Positions 19,541-28,790 of a DNA stretch of 64,000 nucleotides are shown here, in pieces. The notes below the pieces were generated by a model. The model was not told the origin of the DNA. It saw only the letters and a program-made list of their open reading frames with translations, and made no database searches. Position 1 is the first letter of the stretch, and each line of letters starts with the position of its first letter. The position numbers and the translations under genes were made by a program. This stretch comes from Bacteroidia bacterium (GTDB lineage: Bacteria; Bacteroidota; Bacteroidia; B-17B0; Aurantibacillaceae): contig DAOMFS010000005.1 in NCBI GenBank assembly GCA_035429925.1, positions 15,904 through 79,903 of the forward strand. The letters are read 5' to 3'.

Positions 19541-22500
19541 ACAGATTTACCCCGATACTTCTTTTTCTTGTTCTCGGTCTCACCTCCTCCGCCCAACAAT
19601 ATGGGAACGAATGGATACGTGTGGCACAGCCTTACTTTAAATTTCCGATTCACAAAAATGGCGTGTACAGGATTGACTCCACAACGCTGGCATCTGCCTA
19701 CGACCTGAACAGTCTCGATCCCAGAAACATTCAGGTGTTCTTAAGAGGTAAAGAACAATTCCTCTACATTCAAGGCGAGTCAGACGGCAAAATCAACACA
19801 GGCGATTACATTGAATTTTACGCTGACAAATCCACAGCGCCTGTAGACTCAATGGTTTACACCCACATCAGCTATCTTCCCAACCCATACGGCCCTTTAT
19901 TCAACGACACGCTCTACGCTTTCATCACGGTGAATGGGTCAACAGCAAACAAAAGGTTTCAGTTAGAGACGGACACCAGTTCCGCCCTTTATCCAGCTTC
20001 AGACCATTGTTTTACAGAGCAGGTGTTCAGCAATCCTGTAAATTACAATTACGCCGAAGAGTATGTGAAGGATGTGCCTACCGATCCCCGATACACACAA
20101 TGCGAAGGAAAAGGCATGTACCTCCCGGGAAATTCATACATACAAATGGGTTTTGCGCCTATTCAGATCTACACCCTGAATCCTCATCCTGTGCTGGTTA
20201 AACTCGTCTGCTCGGGTAACAGCAAAAACTTCACAGCCGTTGGAAACGATCATGAACTCACCCTGCATTACAAGAACGCACTGGGCAATCCGGTTCAGAT
20301 CTTCGACACCCTCTTCTATGCCTATGCCCCGGTTCGGAAAACCTTTACCCTTAATGCAACCGACATCGGTTCGAGCAGCAATTTTAGTCTGAGTTCGCCA
20401 GTTGGAGCCGCCATCACCACAAGCGCAAATGCCAGTTTGTTGCATTACCTCAGCCTGTTTTACCCTCAGACCCTGCATTTCAACAACCTGTCCACGGCGC
20501 GTTTTTATTGTGACGACAATACCACCTCAAACAAGTCTTTCTACAATTTTAACGCCTTAAACTTCAGTGTCTCTTCTCAGGTCATGCTCTTTGATCTGAG
20601 TAATGGCAGAAGGATTAAAACGGTTCTGAATCCGCCCTACGTCAGAGCAGTGATACCGAACGGCGGCGGACGAAAATACTGCGTAATAGCAGCTGAGCAA
20701 GACACTGTTGCCGTGAACAAACTCATACCTGTGAACGGTAATGGTTATTTCACCCGCTTCAACTCATCACCTGTCAGCAATCCATTCATCATCATTTACC
20801 ATAAATCGCTTTTCACCTCCGCTCAGGCATACCAGGTTTACCGCTCCGGACCTTCTGGCGGTTCATTCGATGTCATCATGGCGGACATTCAAGAATTGTA
20901 CGAACAATTCGCCTATGGTGTGAACAAACACCCTGCAGCCATCCGGGGTTTTCTACGCTTTCTGAAAGACAGTCTGAGTGTCCCGCCAAACTTCGTGCTT
21001 CTGATCGGTAAGGGCATGGAGCAGCAATATCTTACACCAGCCGCGCAAAACGAGAATCTGGTTCCAACCATGGGAATACCCAGCAGCGATCACTTGCTCA
21101 GCTCATCCCTTGGCCAACAAGGAGGCAACAATCTGGTTCCTGAAATTCCGATTGGTCGTTTAGCAGCCCTTGACAATTTGGAAGTGAGCGCCTATCTCAG
21201 CAAGGTTCAGGAGCACGAGCATTCAGCACCTGCGGAATGGAAGAAGACCGCTTTGCATTTTATCGGCAGTAACGATGAAACGGAACTCGGTGTCTTTTCT
21301 TACTTTATGAACACTTATTCCTTAACTGCAAGCGACACCTCCTTTGGCGCTTCGGTGCTTACGTTTAGCAAGAACACTTCCGCCCCGGTACAGAGCAATT
21401 TAAGCGATAGCATTGTTGGGGCCATGAGCAGGAGTGCCTCACTGATTAATTTCTTCGGACACGGAGCTACCCAAAATCTGGGCATGGCACTCGAAGACCC
21501 TTATAAATTCAACAACGCCGGACGATATCCATTCTTTCTTTCAAACTCTTGTTACAGCGGCAATGTATTCATTCACGGCATACAGAATTCAGTGAGTCAG
21601 AATTACGTGTTTGCCAAACAGAGGGGCAGCATTGGGTTTATTGCCACAACAACAGAATCTTTTGACAGCAGGCTGCATCAGTTCACCAGCAAATTCTACA
21701 CAGCCTTCTGCCGGACAAAATACAATTATCCCATTGGCGAAGTGATCCGTGAAGCCATTCTGAACAACAGTACTTCACCAGATTCCCTTACCCGAATGGT
21801 AGGCCTGCAGGAAGTGCTTCACGGCGATCCGTCAATTCGCGTCTCCCCCGGCATTCAACCCGATTATCAGCTCAGCAACAAGGATGTAAGGTTCGACACA
21901 AAAACCTATGCCGATTCTATTGGCATTTATATTCGTTATCTGAACAGCGGCAAGGCAATTCGTGACAGTTTTGCAGTTCACGTGATTCGCCGTTTCCCTA
22001 ATGGGGATACGATGATGAAAACGCGGCGTGTCAATGCGGCTGCTTTCCGCGACAGTCTCAGTCTTTTTATGGCCCTGGATTTTAACCGTGGGGTCGGGCT
22101 CAATACGTTTCAGATAAACCTCGATGCCCTGAATGAAATTCAGGAGTCTGACGAAACAAATAATATTTCAGGTACGCTTGATTTTCTGATCACTGGCAAT
22201 GATCTTATTCCTGTGTATCCCTACAATTATGCGATTGTGCCGCTTACCAGCAGCATTACGCTAAAAGCCAGTACTTCAGATCCCTTTGCGCCTTCAGGCG
22301 ATTACCTGTTTCAGCTGGACACCAACGCCACTTTTTCCAAGCCCTTGCAGAGCACACGGATCAAAAGCAAGGGCGGTGTAATGGAATGGAATGTAAATCT
22401 GAATTTACCCGACAGCACGGTGTATTTCTGGCGGGTAAGCCGCGACAGCCTGAATCCCGAGAAATCCTTTCTTTGGAAGACCAGTTCCTTTCAAACCATA

Positions 22501-24549
22501 GGCAACAAACAAGGCTGGGCACAGGCTCATTTTGATCAGTTCAGAGAAGACACTTACCGTTACCTGATTCAGAACAAATTGAAAAGACAGTTTGAATTCC
22601 AGAAAAGTCTGTACGCAATATTTTGCCGCACCGGCAATGTACCGGAAGTAGCCTGGGAAAACCTTAACTTTTATTTCAATGGCATCAAGATGAGTGAATT
22701 CAGTTGTTCACCCAATGGTTGGAATTTTGTGGTGTTTGATTCCCTGAGTGCCCAACCCCAGGTCGCGAAAGTTCTTAATCTGCCCACCCCTAGTCCCGGC
22801 CAATACAACAACTGCATGTGCTCTGCCCAGGACCAGTATTACTTTGGTTTTGGCGCCACCAATCCCTGCGGATTGAATAACTGGAAAAATGATATGGAGA
22901 ACTTCATTAATGCCATAGCTCCAAATAATTATGTACTGGCATACAGCATAGGTTATCTTGGCAATTCTGCCCAGGTGTCGAGCTACCCGCCTTCTCTACT
23001 CAACGCCTTTAAAAGTATAGGCGCAGATCTCGTTCTAAGTGGTGCCGACAGTCTGCCCAGAATAATTTTCGGACGAAAAGGTATGAGCCAGGGCCAGGCG
23101 CATGAAAACCTTGGCAAGAATCGATTTAACGCCCTGACCCAAAGCGACAGCATCAGTACACGCTGGTACAGCGGCAGCATTGCATCAACCCTGGTTGGCC
23201 CTTCTTCAAACTGGAGAAGCCTGCACTGGAAGATGAAAAGTCTTGAGCCTCTGAGTCACGACAGTTCCGTGCTGAAACTCATCGGCATAAGGAGCAATGG
23301 GCAGGAAGACACCCTCTATACTTTTGTAGAGGATAGTTCAGATGTTCTGGATCTGGCTTATTACATCAGCGCGCAAACACATCCCCATCTGAAGCTGGTT
23401 GTTTTTATGCGTGACCAGTCGCGTCGTACAGCGCCACAATTGAAGCGCTGGCAGGTTCTGTACGATGAGGCACCGGAATGCGCACTGAACCCGCTAAAAG
23501 GTTTCTCGGCACTGAATGATACACTAATGGAAGGCGACGAGGCTAAATTTGTTGTACCGATCGAAAATATAGGGACCACAGATTTTAAAGACAGTTTGCT
23601 TATCACCTACTGGCTTGAAGATGCCGGAAAAAACACAAGTATATTGCCTTACAAGTTAAAAGGCGCGCCTTTCAAAGCAGGTCAGATCATTTTAGATACG
23701 CTTCGATTCAATACATTGCAAAACAAAGGTGATAACGCCTTGTGGATTCATGTAAATCCTGTAGGACACCCGAAGTACCAGAACGAATATCAGCAATTCA
23801 ACAACATTGGACGTTTCCCGTTCAGAGTGCTGGGTGATATCACCAATCCTCTTCTGGACGTGACATTCGACGGAAGAAGAATATTGAACGGCGATATTGT
23901 ATCTGCCAAACCGGAGATACTCATATCCTTACGTGATGAAAACGCATTTCTTGCCCTGAACGATACGGGTCATTTTGTGGTCACCATCAGAGCACCGGGA
24001 AAAAGCAATGAACAGCGTTTGTATTTCGCCAGGGATCTGCTCTTTACGCCAGCCTCGCTTCCAAAAAACTCCTGCAGCATTCTTTACAAGCCAGAACTGC
24101 TCCAGGATGGCACATATTCATTGGGTGTTCAGGCCAGCGACCGCAGCAACAACAGTTCGGGCAGCAAATACCAAATCAGCTTTGAAGTAAACAACAAACC
24201 AGGCATAACACAGGTTTTAAATTACCCCAACCCCTTCAGTACCTCCACCCGCTTTGTATTCACACTCACCGGCAGTGAAATACCGGAAGTGTTCACCATT
24301 CAGATCATGACCGTTAGTGGCAAGCTTGTGAAAGAGATCAGCCGGGCCGAATTAGGCGACATACACATCGGACGGAACATCACAAGCTACGCCTGGGACG
24401 GACGCGATAATTTCGGGGATAAGTTAGCCAATGGCGTTTATCTCTATCGTGTGATCTGCAGCCTGAACGGAAACAGCATGGAACACAACAGTTCCGGAGC
24501 TGACGCTTATTTCAGCAAGGAATTCGGCAAACTGGTGATTCTACGATAG
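19537..24549 (+). CDS. PorU-like C25-family cysteine peptidase (T9SS sortase-like), 1670 aa, with its own CTD
   Basis: The GTG start lies in an ATGTGA overlap with the upstream stop. Signal peptide, then N-terminal YGNEWI...YFKF...GVYRI. The His642 (FFGHGATQNLG) and Cys672 (LSNSCYSGN) dyad is spaced as in clan CD C25 peptidases. C-terminal CTD is NYPNPFSTSTRFVF...GDKLANGVYLYRV. Confidence 0.7.
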   Translation: MNRFTPILLFLVLGLTSSAQQYGNEWIRVAQPYFKFPIHKNGVYRIDSTTLASAYDLNSLDPRNIQVFLRGKEQFLYIQGESDGKINTGDYIEFYADKSTAPVDSMVYTHISYLPNPYGPLFNDTLYAFITVNGSTANKRFQLETDTSSALYPASDHCFTEQVFSNPVNYNYAEEYVKDVPTDPRYTQCEGKGMYLPGNSYIQMGFAPIQIYTLNPHPVLVKLVCSGNSKNFTAVGNDHELTLHYKNALGNPVQIFDTLFYAYAPVRKTFTLNATDIGSSSNFSLSSPVGAAITTSANASLLHYLSLFYPQTLHFNNLSTARFYCDDNTTSNKSFYNFNALNFSVSSQVMLFDLSNGRRIKTVLNPPYVRAVIPNGGGRKYCVIAAEQDTVAVNKLIPVNGNGYFTRFNSSPVSNPFIIIYHKSLFTSAQAYQVYRSGPSGGSFDVIMADIQELYEQFAYGVNKHPAAIRGFLRFLKDSLSVPPNFVLLIGKGMEQQYLTPAAQNENLVPTMGIPSSDHLLSSSLGQQGGNNLVPEIPIGRLAALDNLEVSAYLSKVQEHEHSAPAEWKKTALHFIGSNDETELGVFSYFMNTYSLTASDTSFGASVLTFSKNTSAPVQSNLSDSIVGAMSRSASLINFFGHGATQNLGMALEDPYKFNNAGRYPFFLSNSCYSGNVFIHGIQNSVSQNYVFAKQRGSIGFIATTTESFDSRLHQFTSKFYTAFCRTKYNYPIGEVIREAILNNSTSPDSLTRMVGLQEVLHGDPSIRVSPGIQPDYQLSNKDVRFDTKTYADSIGIYIRYLNSGKAIRDSFAVHVIRRFPNGDTMMKTRRVNAAAFRDSLSLFMALDFNRGVGLNTFQINLDALNEIQESDETNNISGTLDFLITGNDLIPVYPYNYAIVPLTSSITLKASTSDPFAPSGDYLFQLDTNATFSKPLQSTRIKSKGGVMEWNVNLNLPDSTVYFWRVSRDSLNPEKSFLWKTSSFQTIGNKQGWAQAHFDQFREDTYRYLIQNKLKRQFEFQKSLYAIFCRTGNVPEVAWENLNFYFNGIKMSEFSCSPNGWNFVVFDSLSAQPQVAKVLNLPTPSPGQYNNCMCSAQDQYYFGFGATNPCGLNNWKNDMENFINAIAPNNYVLAYSIGYLGNSAQVSSYPPSLLNAFKSIGADLVLSGADSLPRIIFGRKGMSQGQAHENLGKNRFNALTQSDSISTRWYSGSIASTLVGPSSNWRSLHWKMKSLEPLSHDSSVLKLIGIRSNGQEDTLYTFVEDSSDVLDLAYYISAQTHPHLKLVVFMRDQSRRTAPQLKRWQVLYDEAPECALNPLKGFSALNDTLMEGDEAKFVVPIENIGTTDFKDSLLITYWLEDAGKNTSILPYKLKGAPFKAGQIILDTLRFNTLQNKGDNALWIHVNPVGHPKYQNEYQQFNNIGRFPFRVLGDITNPLLDVTFDGRRILNGDIVSAKPEILISLRDENAFLALNDTGHFVVTIRAPGKSNEQRLYFARDLLFTPASLPKNSCSILYKPELLQDGTYSLGVQASDRSNNSSGSKYQISFEVNNKPGITQVLNYPNPFSTSTRFVFTLTGSEIPEVFTIQIMTVSGKLVKEISRAELGDIHIGRNITSYAWDGRDNFGDKLANGVYLYRVICSLNGNSMEHNSSGADAYFSKEFGKLVILR

Positions 24550-24556
24550 CAGGCAT

Positions 24557-24588
24557 AAAAAAACCCCGCGTTCTGCGGGGTTTCCTTT
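24557..24588. terminator. bidirectional rho-independent terminator between convergent genes
   Basis: AAAAAAACCCCGC-GTTCT-GCGGGGTTT is flanked by an A-run on one side and a T-rich stretch on the other. It sits between the stops at 24549 (+) and 24599 (-). Confidence 0.6.
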
Positions 24589-24598
24589 CATTTCAATT

Positions 24599-25645
24599 TT
24601 ATTGTTTATTCACCTTGATTAGCTCAACCTCAAAAATAAGGGTACTGTTGGGTGGAATGGCGCCGGGGTAACCGTTTTCACCATAGGCCAGTGCGGGCGG
24701 AACGATGAATTTGTACTTGGCACCTTCCTTCATCAGCTGTAAACCTTCAGTCCAGCCTTTGATCACCTGGTTTAAACCAAACGTAGCGGGTTGTCCGCGT
24801 TGCACACTGCTGTCGAACACCTTGCCGTCGAGAAAAGTACCGGTGTAATGCACGGTAACATTGTCGGAAGCAAGAGGACTGATACCGGTGCCTTCTTTTT
24901 CAACAATGTAACGAAGGCCGCTGGCTGTTGTAACTGCGCCGGCAAAAAGTCTGTCAACAGCTTCCTGCTGGGCTTTCATTCTGGCGGCTTCGCGTTCTGC
25001 TATAGCGGCTTTAGCGCTCTCAAACGTTTTAGGGGCATCAAAGGCTTCCGCTTCTTTTCCTTTGCGGAGAATTACCAGTCTAACCAGAGTATCGTTACCC
25101 ACTATGTTGTTCACAACATCTTGTCCTTGTATCACGTGGCCAAACACAGTGTGTTTTCCATCAAGCCAGGGTGTAGCCACATGTGTGATAAAAAACTGCG
25201 AACCATTTGTACCCGGTCCGGCGTTTGCCATGCTCAGAATACCAGGCCCGGTATGCTTTAAACTGGTGTCAATCTCGTCAGGAAATGCATATCCGGGGCT
25301 TCCGGTTCCATCGCCCTTTGGACAACCACCCTGTATCATAAAATTAGGTATCACCCGGTGAAATTTCAATCCATTGTAATATGGTACACCTGAAGCCTTG
25401 TAGTCGTTTTTAATGCCGCCTTCAGCCAGTCCTACAAAATTGGCTACGGTCATGGGCGTTTTCTTGTATTCCAGAACTGTATAGATGTCGCCTTTTTTTG
25501 TTTCAAATTTGGCGTAAATACCGTCGCTTTGTTTGCTTAGAAATTCTTTGTCCATTTTGCTGGGTTTTTGTTTGTCTTTGGTCTGGGCAAAAAATCCAGA
25601 CGTTAAAAGTACGAGCGTTGAGAAAAGATAAATTGTGCGTGTCAT
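24599..25645 (-). CDS. dual-domain peptidyl-prolyl isomerase: N-terminal cyclophilin plus C-terminal FKBP
   Basis: Signal peptide. [25 protein letters not shown] and [17 protein letters not shown] (cyclophilin), a helical A/E-rich linker, then [60 protein letters not shown] (FKBP). Confidence 0.85.
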   Translation of the reverse strand: MTRTIYLFSTLVLLTSGFFAQTKDKQKPSKMDKEFLSKQSDGIYAKFETKKGDIYTVLEYKKTPMTVANFVGLAEGGIKNDYKASGVPYYNGLKFHRVIPNFMIQGGCPKGDGTGSPGYAFPDEIDTSLKHTGPGILSMANAGPGTNGSQFFITHVATPWLDGKHTVFGHVIQGQDVVNNIVGNDTLVRLVILRKGKEAEAFDAPKTFESAKAAIAEREAARMKAQQEAVDRLFAGAVTTASGLRYIVEKEGTGISPLASDNVTVHYTGTFLDGKVFDSSVQRGQPATFGLNQVIKGWTEGLQLMKEGAKYKFIVPPALAYGENGYPGAIPPNSTLIFEVELIKVNKQ

Positions 25646-25691
25646 AAGATTATGTTTTGAAAAGTCTTAAGAATACAAACACTGTACCATA

Positions 25692-26633
25692 TTATTTGCC
25701 TGGGGCCTGGGGAGCCTGAGGAGCGGCGGGTGCTGCCTTGATATCAAGCAGTTCCACCTCAAACAACAAAGGACTGTATGGAGGGATTCTTTCACCTGCA
25801 CCGTTGGGGCCATAGGCGATTGAAGAAGGCAGAAGCAGCTTGGCTTTTCCACCCTTTTTCATCAATTGCAATCCTTCCGTCCAGCCTGGTATGACTCCGT
25901 TCAGGGGAAATTCTGCCGGTTCACCCCGTTCTACAGAACTGTCGAAAATAGTTCCATCCAAAAGCATCCCTGTATAATGTACTTTTACAACATCGCTGGC
26001 TTTTGGAAAATCACCACTGCCTTTTTTGCTTTCCATGTAATACAAACCCGAAGCACTGGGTTTAACTGTGATTTTATTATCAATCAGGTATTTCTCAATA
26101 GCGGGTTGTTCTTTGGCCTGAAAATCCTTCATCATCACCTCACGTTCTTCCATTTGTTTCTTGCGCATGGCTTCAACCTGAGCCTTAGGTGTAATTTCTT
26201 TGAGTTTAAATACGGCAAGAATATGCTGGCCCGGTTTGAAACCTGCCGGAAGCTCATTCACTTTTTGTGTTTTTAAAAAGAAAGAATCGGCTGAAATGAT
26301 GAATTCGGCACTGTCTCCGACAGACATCATTTTAAGACCATCTTCCAGGCTACCCGGAAAAGAAGAGGTTACCGGTGCGAGATTGGCATATCCGCTTCCG
26401 TCACGGCTTACATTTTTGGAATCCACAATGATTGAATCATTCTCCTGTTTTTTGATCACATAACGCAGGATGATGGCATCCCCTTCCTGCACTTTGCTTC
26501 CGTTCTCATCATGGCTGAAGAAATGGTAATACAATCCGTTCTCTGCCTTTGAGAAACCTTCGAACTCAGAACTGTTGCAGGCGGCGAACAGGAGTGTTGA
26601 TACTGATCCAGCGATCAGAATTGTTTTTTTCAT
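25692..26633 (-). CDS. FKBP-type peptidyl-prolyl isomerase lipoprotein (FkpA-like two-domain)
   Basis: Lipobox LLFAAC. C-terminal [60 protein letters not shown]. Confidence 0.8.
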   Translation of the reverse strand: MKKTILIAGSVSTLLFAACNSSEFEGFSKAENGLYYHFFSHDENGSKVQEGDAIILRYVIKKQENDSIIVDSKNVSRDGSGYANLAPVTSSFPGSLEDGLKMMSVGDSAEFIISADSFFLKTQKVNELPAGFKPGQHILAVFKLKEITPKAQVEAMRKKQMEEREVMMKDFQAKEQPAIEKYLIDNKITVKPSASGLYYMESKKGSGDFPKASDVVKVHYTGMLLDGTIFDSSVERGEPAEFPLNGVIPGWTEGLQLMKKGGKAKLLLPSSIAYGPNGAGERIPPYSPLLFEVELLDIKAAPAAPQAPQAPGK

Positions 26634-27505
26634 GGGGTGTTGACTTGAATTAGTGTTATGTTGTATTGCAAAGGGGTATAAGGTGGCACCAATCCATTGC
26701 TGCTTCCCTGCTCCCCGAATGCGAGTGGCGAAGGTAAGATTATTTTTACATTCTCTCCTTCCTGAAGATATGGAATAACATTATTTAGACCTTTTATCAC
26801 CTGATCCGGTTCGCCATACCGATACACAAAATGCTCGGGAGAGGATTCCAGATATCGGCCATTCAAAAAACGGCCTTCATACCTCAGCTGTATTTCATCG
26901 CCCGGTTTTAATGTATGGCGTTTGATCGAGGCCGGCCGCTGCAACCAGTAAAAACCTGAACTGTCAAGCGAAGTGTTGAAGGCTGTCACAGAAACGAAAC
27001 AAGATCTGATCTGTTCAAGTTCCGCTTTTCTCAGGTCTGAAAGAGATTCGGAATAGGATTTTGTGGTATAAAGCGCTTTCACCCTGAATCGCCATTTCAC
27101 CACGCTGTCTCCTGCACTGAAAAAAGGCGCCCGATCGCTATGAAACACGTCCTTATAAAACTCCTTAACAGGCAGCAAAACCTCCATGCTATCTCCCTGG
27201 GCGCAGATCTTCAGAAAGGATTGGAGGCATCCTGAACTGTCGGTGTTTTGCAGGAGCACTATATGCCGGGCGGCTGCCTGATTTTGATTATCCCAAAACA
27301 CAGAATCGGATTGGTTGCTGAAACTCGAATTCAGACTCACCGCATAAGGCCTTGCTGCAACATGACCTGGTTCGAACCCAAGCAGTCTGTAATGAATTCC
27401 GGAAGGAAGTGATTTGTAAGGAACCCTGGATTCTGGCGGGCGGGTCTGACACGCACAGAGAACCAAAAGCGTCAAATACCCGATGCATTTACCATACCTC
27501 CACAT
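26630..27505 (-). CDS. FKBP-type peptidyl-prolyl isomerase lipoprotein (divergent)
   Basis: Probable start is MWRYGKCIGYLTLLVLCAC at 27505 (lipobox). The C-terminal part is GDEIQLRYEGRFLNGRYLESS...QVIKGLNNVIPYLQEGENVKIILPSPLAFGEQG. Confidence 0.7.
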   Translation of the reverse strand: MWRYGKCIGYLTLLVLCACQTRPPESRVPYKSLPSGIHYRLLGFEPGHVAARPYAVSLNSSFSNQSDSVFWDNQNQAAARHIVLLQNTDSSGCLQSFLKICAQGDSMEVLLPVKEFYKDVFHSDRAPFFSAGDSVVKWRFRVKALYTTKSYSESLSDLRKAELEQIRSCFVSVTAFNTSLDSSGFYWLQRPASIKRHTLKPGDEIQLRYEGRFLNGRYLESSPEHFVYRYGEPDQVIKGLNNVIPYLQEGENVKIILPSPLAFGEQGSSNGLVPPYTPLQYNITLIQVNTP

Positions 27506-28025
27506 CGTAGACAATGGGCATTTGAGGGGGAATCTTTCTAAAGTCACCCAATAAACCATGAGCGAGTGGAGATGGTATAAGAATCAGGGCTTTATCCCCC
27601 CGCTTGAGATATTGCAAGCCTTTGTGAATCCCGCTCTCAATGTTTTCCTGTTCCACGGTAAACTGCCTGATCCCGTCTTGCGAAGAGCTGTAACACAAGG
27701 TACCATCGAGAAGAAAAACCTTGTAACGGAGGTTAACCAGCATGCCTTTGCGTATGCTATCGCCCTTCACTGAAGCTTTGTAAACGAAGTAGCGAATACC
27801 GCTTCCTGTTCTCACAAAATGCAACTGATGAGAACGTTCGTACACATCCATTTCGTCCGATTCTTTTTGCATGAGCAATTGGTTGGCATGCACAAACTGG
27901 TCCTTTACCACCTTGGAGTTGACTTCCTGGCTGGTGCCGGAATCCGTTTGGGTATCCGGCTTGCAAGCTATCAGTAAAATCAGGCCAAAGGCCAGGTAAG
28001 AACTCCCGATTCTGAACAGTTTCAT
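27489..28025 (-). CDS. small FKBP-type PPIase lipoprotein, GldI-like candidate
   Basis: MKLFRIGSSYLAFGLILLIAC lipobox, ~178 aa, with MLVNLRYKVFLLDGTLCYSS...ESGIHKGLQYLKRGDKALILIPSPLAHG. The size, lipoprotein nature and position in a PPIase cluster match what I recall for Flavobacterium GldI. Confidence 0.65.
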   Translation of the reverse strand: MKLFRIGSSYLAFGLILLIACKPDTQTDSGTSQEVNSKVVKDQFVHANQLLMQKESDEMDVYERSHQLHFVRTGSGIRYFVYKASVKGDSIRKGMLVNLRYKVFLLDGTLCYSSSQDGIRQFTVEQENIESGIHKGLQYLKRGDKALILIPSPLAHGLLGDFRKIPPQMPIVYDVEVW

Positions 28026-28085
28026 GCGCAATTCCAAAAATAGGCATAATTCGTCATGACATTAATCCTGCACTTACAAACCTAA

Positions 28086-28745
28086 ATGAACTATTTTTAT
28101 GATCTGAATAAAAAAGAGAGATATTCGGCCGTACTCCGGTATTTTAAGGAGCACGCCCCATCGGCTGAAACCGAGCTGCATTACGGTTCTTCGTTTGAGC
28201 TCCTGGTGGCTGTTATTCTTAGTGCCCAATGCACCGATAAGCGGGTCAATATGGTTACACCGGCCCTTTTTAAGGCCTTTCCTGACCCAGAAACAATGGC
28301 TGCTGCCGGCCCTGAACAGATATTCCCCTACATCAAGAGCCTGAGTTATCCAAACAACAAGGCTAAACACCTGAGCGGGATGGCAAACATGCTGTTGAAT
28401 AATTACAAGGGGCATATTCCGGATACGGTTGAGGACCTTATGAAACTACCGGGTGTGGGCCGAAAAACCGCGAACGTGATTGCCTCTGTGGTTTTTAATC
28501 AACCTGCCATGGCGGTAGATACCCACGTTTTTAGGGTCAGTAACCGGATTGGATTGACCCGTTCTGCCAAAAACCCACTGGAATCGGAGCGTGAGTTGGT
28601 TCGAAATATCCCTTCAGAGCTTATTCCCAAAGCCCATCACTGGTTGATCCTTCATGGTCGCTATATTTGCCTAGCCCGAAAACCACGCTGTGAAATTTGC
28701 GGAATAAGAGAATATTGTCTTTACTTTGTAAGAAAGAAATCCTGA
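28086..28745 (+). CDS. nth: endonuclease III (DNA glycosylase/AP lyase)
   Basis: HhH-GPD motif LMKLPGVGRKTANVI, catalytic-region AVDTHVFRV, and the C-terminal 4Fe-4S motif CLARKPRCEICGIREYC. Confidence 0.9.
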   Translation: MNYFYDLNKKERYSAVLRYFKEHAPSAETELHYGSSFELLVAVILSAQCTDKRVNMVTPALFKAFPDPETMAAAGPEQIFPYIKSLSYPNNKAKHLSGMANMLLNNYKGHIPDTVEDLMKLPGVGRKTANVIASVVFNQPAMAVDTHVFRVSNRIGLTRSAKNPLESERELVRNIPSELIPKAHHWLILHGRYICLARKPRCEICGIREYCLYFVRKKS

Positions 28746-28790
28746 GCTATAAATAAAGAAGATACTTTTCACCACTAACAACACCATACC

